Shown: positions 58,879-59,217 of the stretch, in pieces
How the letters are laid out: every line of letters begins with the position of its first letter
How positions within the stretch are numbered: position 1 is the first letter of the stretch
NCBI GenBank assembly: GCA_043797205.1
Contig: JAZDQB010000014.1
Location: 1-59,217 of the forward strand
Direction of reading: 5' to 3'
DNA from: Candidatus Woesearchaeota archaeon
Lineage (GTDB): Archaea > Nanobdellota > Nanobdellia > Woesearchaeales > GW2011-AR9
DNA length: 59,217 bases
Notes under the pieces: generated by a model
What the model was told of the DNA's origin: nothing
The model's input: the letters and a program-made list of their open reading frames with translations, nothing else
The model's database searches: none
Position numbers and translations under genes: made by a program

Positions 58879-59217
58879 TTAAACCCGCCTCCTGGAAAAT
58901 TGTCTTTAATGAATTAAATTCTTCCAACAACTCTCTTAAAAGTTCGATTTTCTGTGGTTTACCATAACATAAAACATTTCTTCTTTCCTCTATTTTAAAA
59001 ATAAGATTAAATATTTCTTTCTTATGGGGAAAATCAAAAGGAAATTTTTCTTCAACCTTATTCTTAGAAGAGAACCAATCATGTTTTACCACAAATCCGG
59101 GATCAATAAGGTTTAATTTGTGCAACAATAATTCTAACATGTCTGCCGCTGCCGCAGAAGTGTTAAACCCAATAGTGCGCTGCCTTTCTACCAGCCCTTT
59201 TTCTATGCTCTCTTCAA
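58868..59217 (-). CDS. helical HEPN-like partner protein; the 5' end lies beyond the window
   Basis: The frame stays open upstream of the track Met to the window edge (hand translation ..EESIEKGLVERQRTIGFNTSAAAADMLELLLHKL..). It overlaps the NTase gene by 11 nt. Confidence 0.45.
   Translation of the reverse strand, partial: EESIEKGLVERQRTIGFNTSAAAADMLELLLHKLNLIDPGFVVKHDWFSSKNKVEEKFPFDFPHKKEIFNLIFKIEERRNVLCYGKPQKIELLRELLEEFNSLKTIFQEAGLNEL

Noticed and set aside
1-59217. CRISPR arrays, rRNA genes, transposases, integrases and prophage structural genes.
   Set aside because: I looked for regularly spaced short direct repeats, rRNA-like conserved stretches and DDE or tyrosine/serine recombinase motifs in the translations and found none. 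The only tandem repeat (47800-48195) is coding.

Overview
This is a low-GC, gene-dense segment with archaeal hallmarks, and a DPANN-like small-genome archaeon is my inference. The hallmarks are two tRNA genes interrupted by non-group-I introns (one inside the T-loop), an archaeal/eukaryotic-type ATP-dependent DNA ligase, SepF, TrmB/Lrp/NikR regulators, a FlaI/VirB11-type ATPase, a LAGLIDADG endonuclease, TATA-like boxes and GGTGAT Shine-Dalgarno sites.

Housekeeping genes present are argS, lig, tgt, cutA, sepF, an ABC exporter, a ZIP transporter with NikR, and NnrE.

Accessory content is heavy:
1. A ~12.5 kb locus (45733-58262) encodes secreted or anchored modular proteins with cohesin-like, dockerin-like, LamG, beta-helix and Cys-rich modules.
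2. Eight tightly overlapping genes (2457-9562) encode small-molecule-modifying enzymes.
3. There are five nucleotidyltransferase/HEPN toxin-antitoxin-type pairs.
4. A family of ~125-131 nt intergenic elements has a conserved bulged terminal stem (three copies), and three further long imperfect hairpins are unrelated in sequence.
5. A ~245 nt promoter- and terminator-flanked structured RNA candidate lies on the minus strand.
6. Several visibly higher-GC orphan genes include an ECF sigma-70-like ORF.

I found no rRNA, CRISPR array, transposase or integrase. All protein calls rest on motifs read by eye from the supplied translations, and no database search was run.
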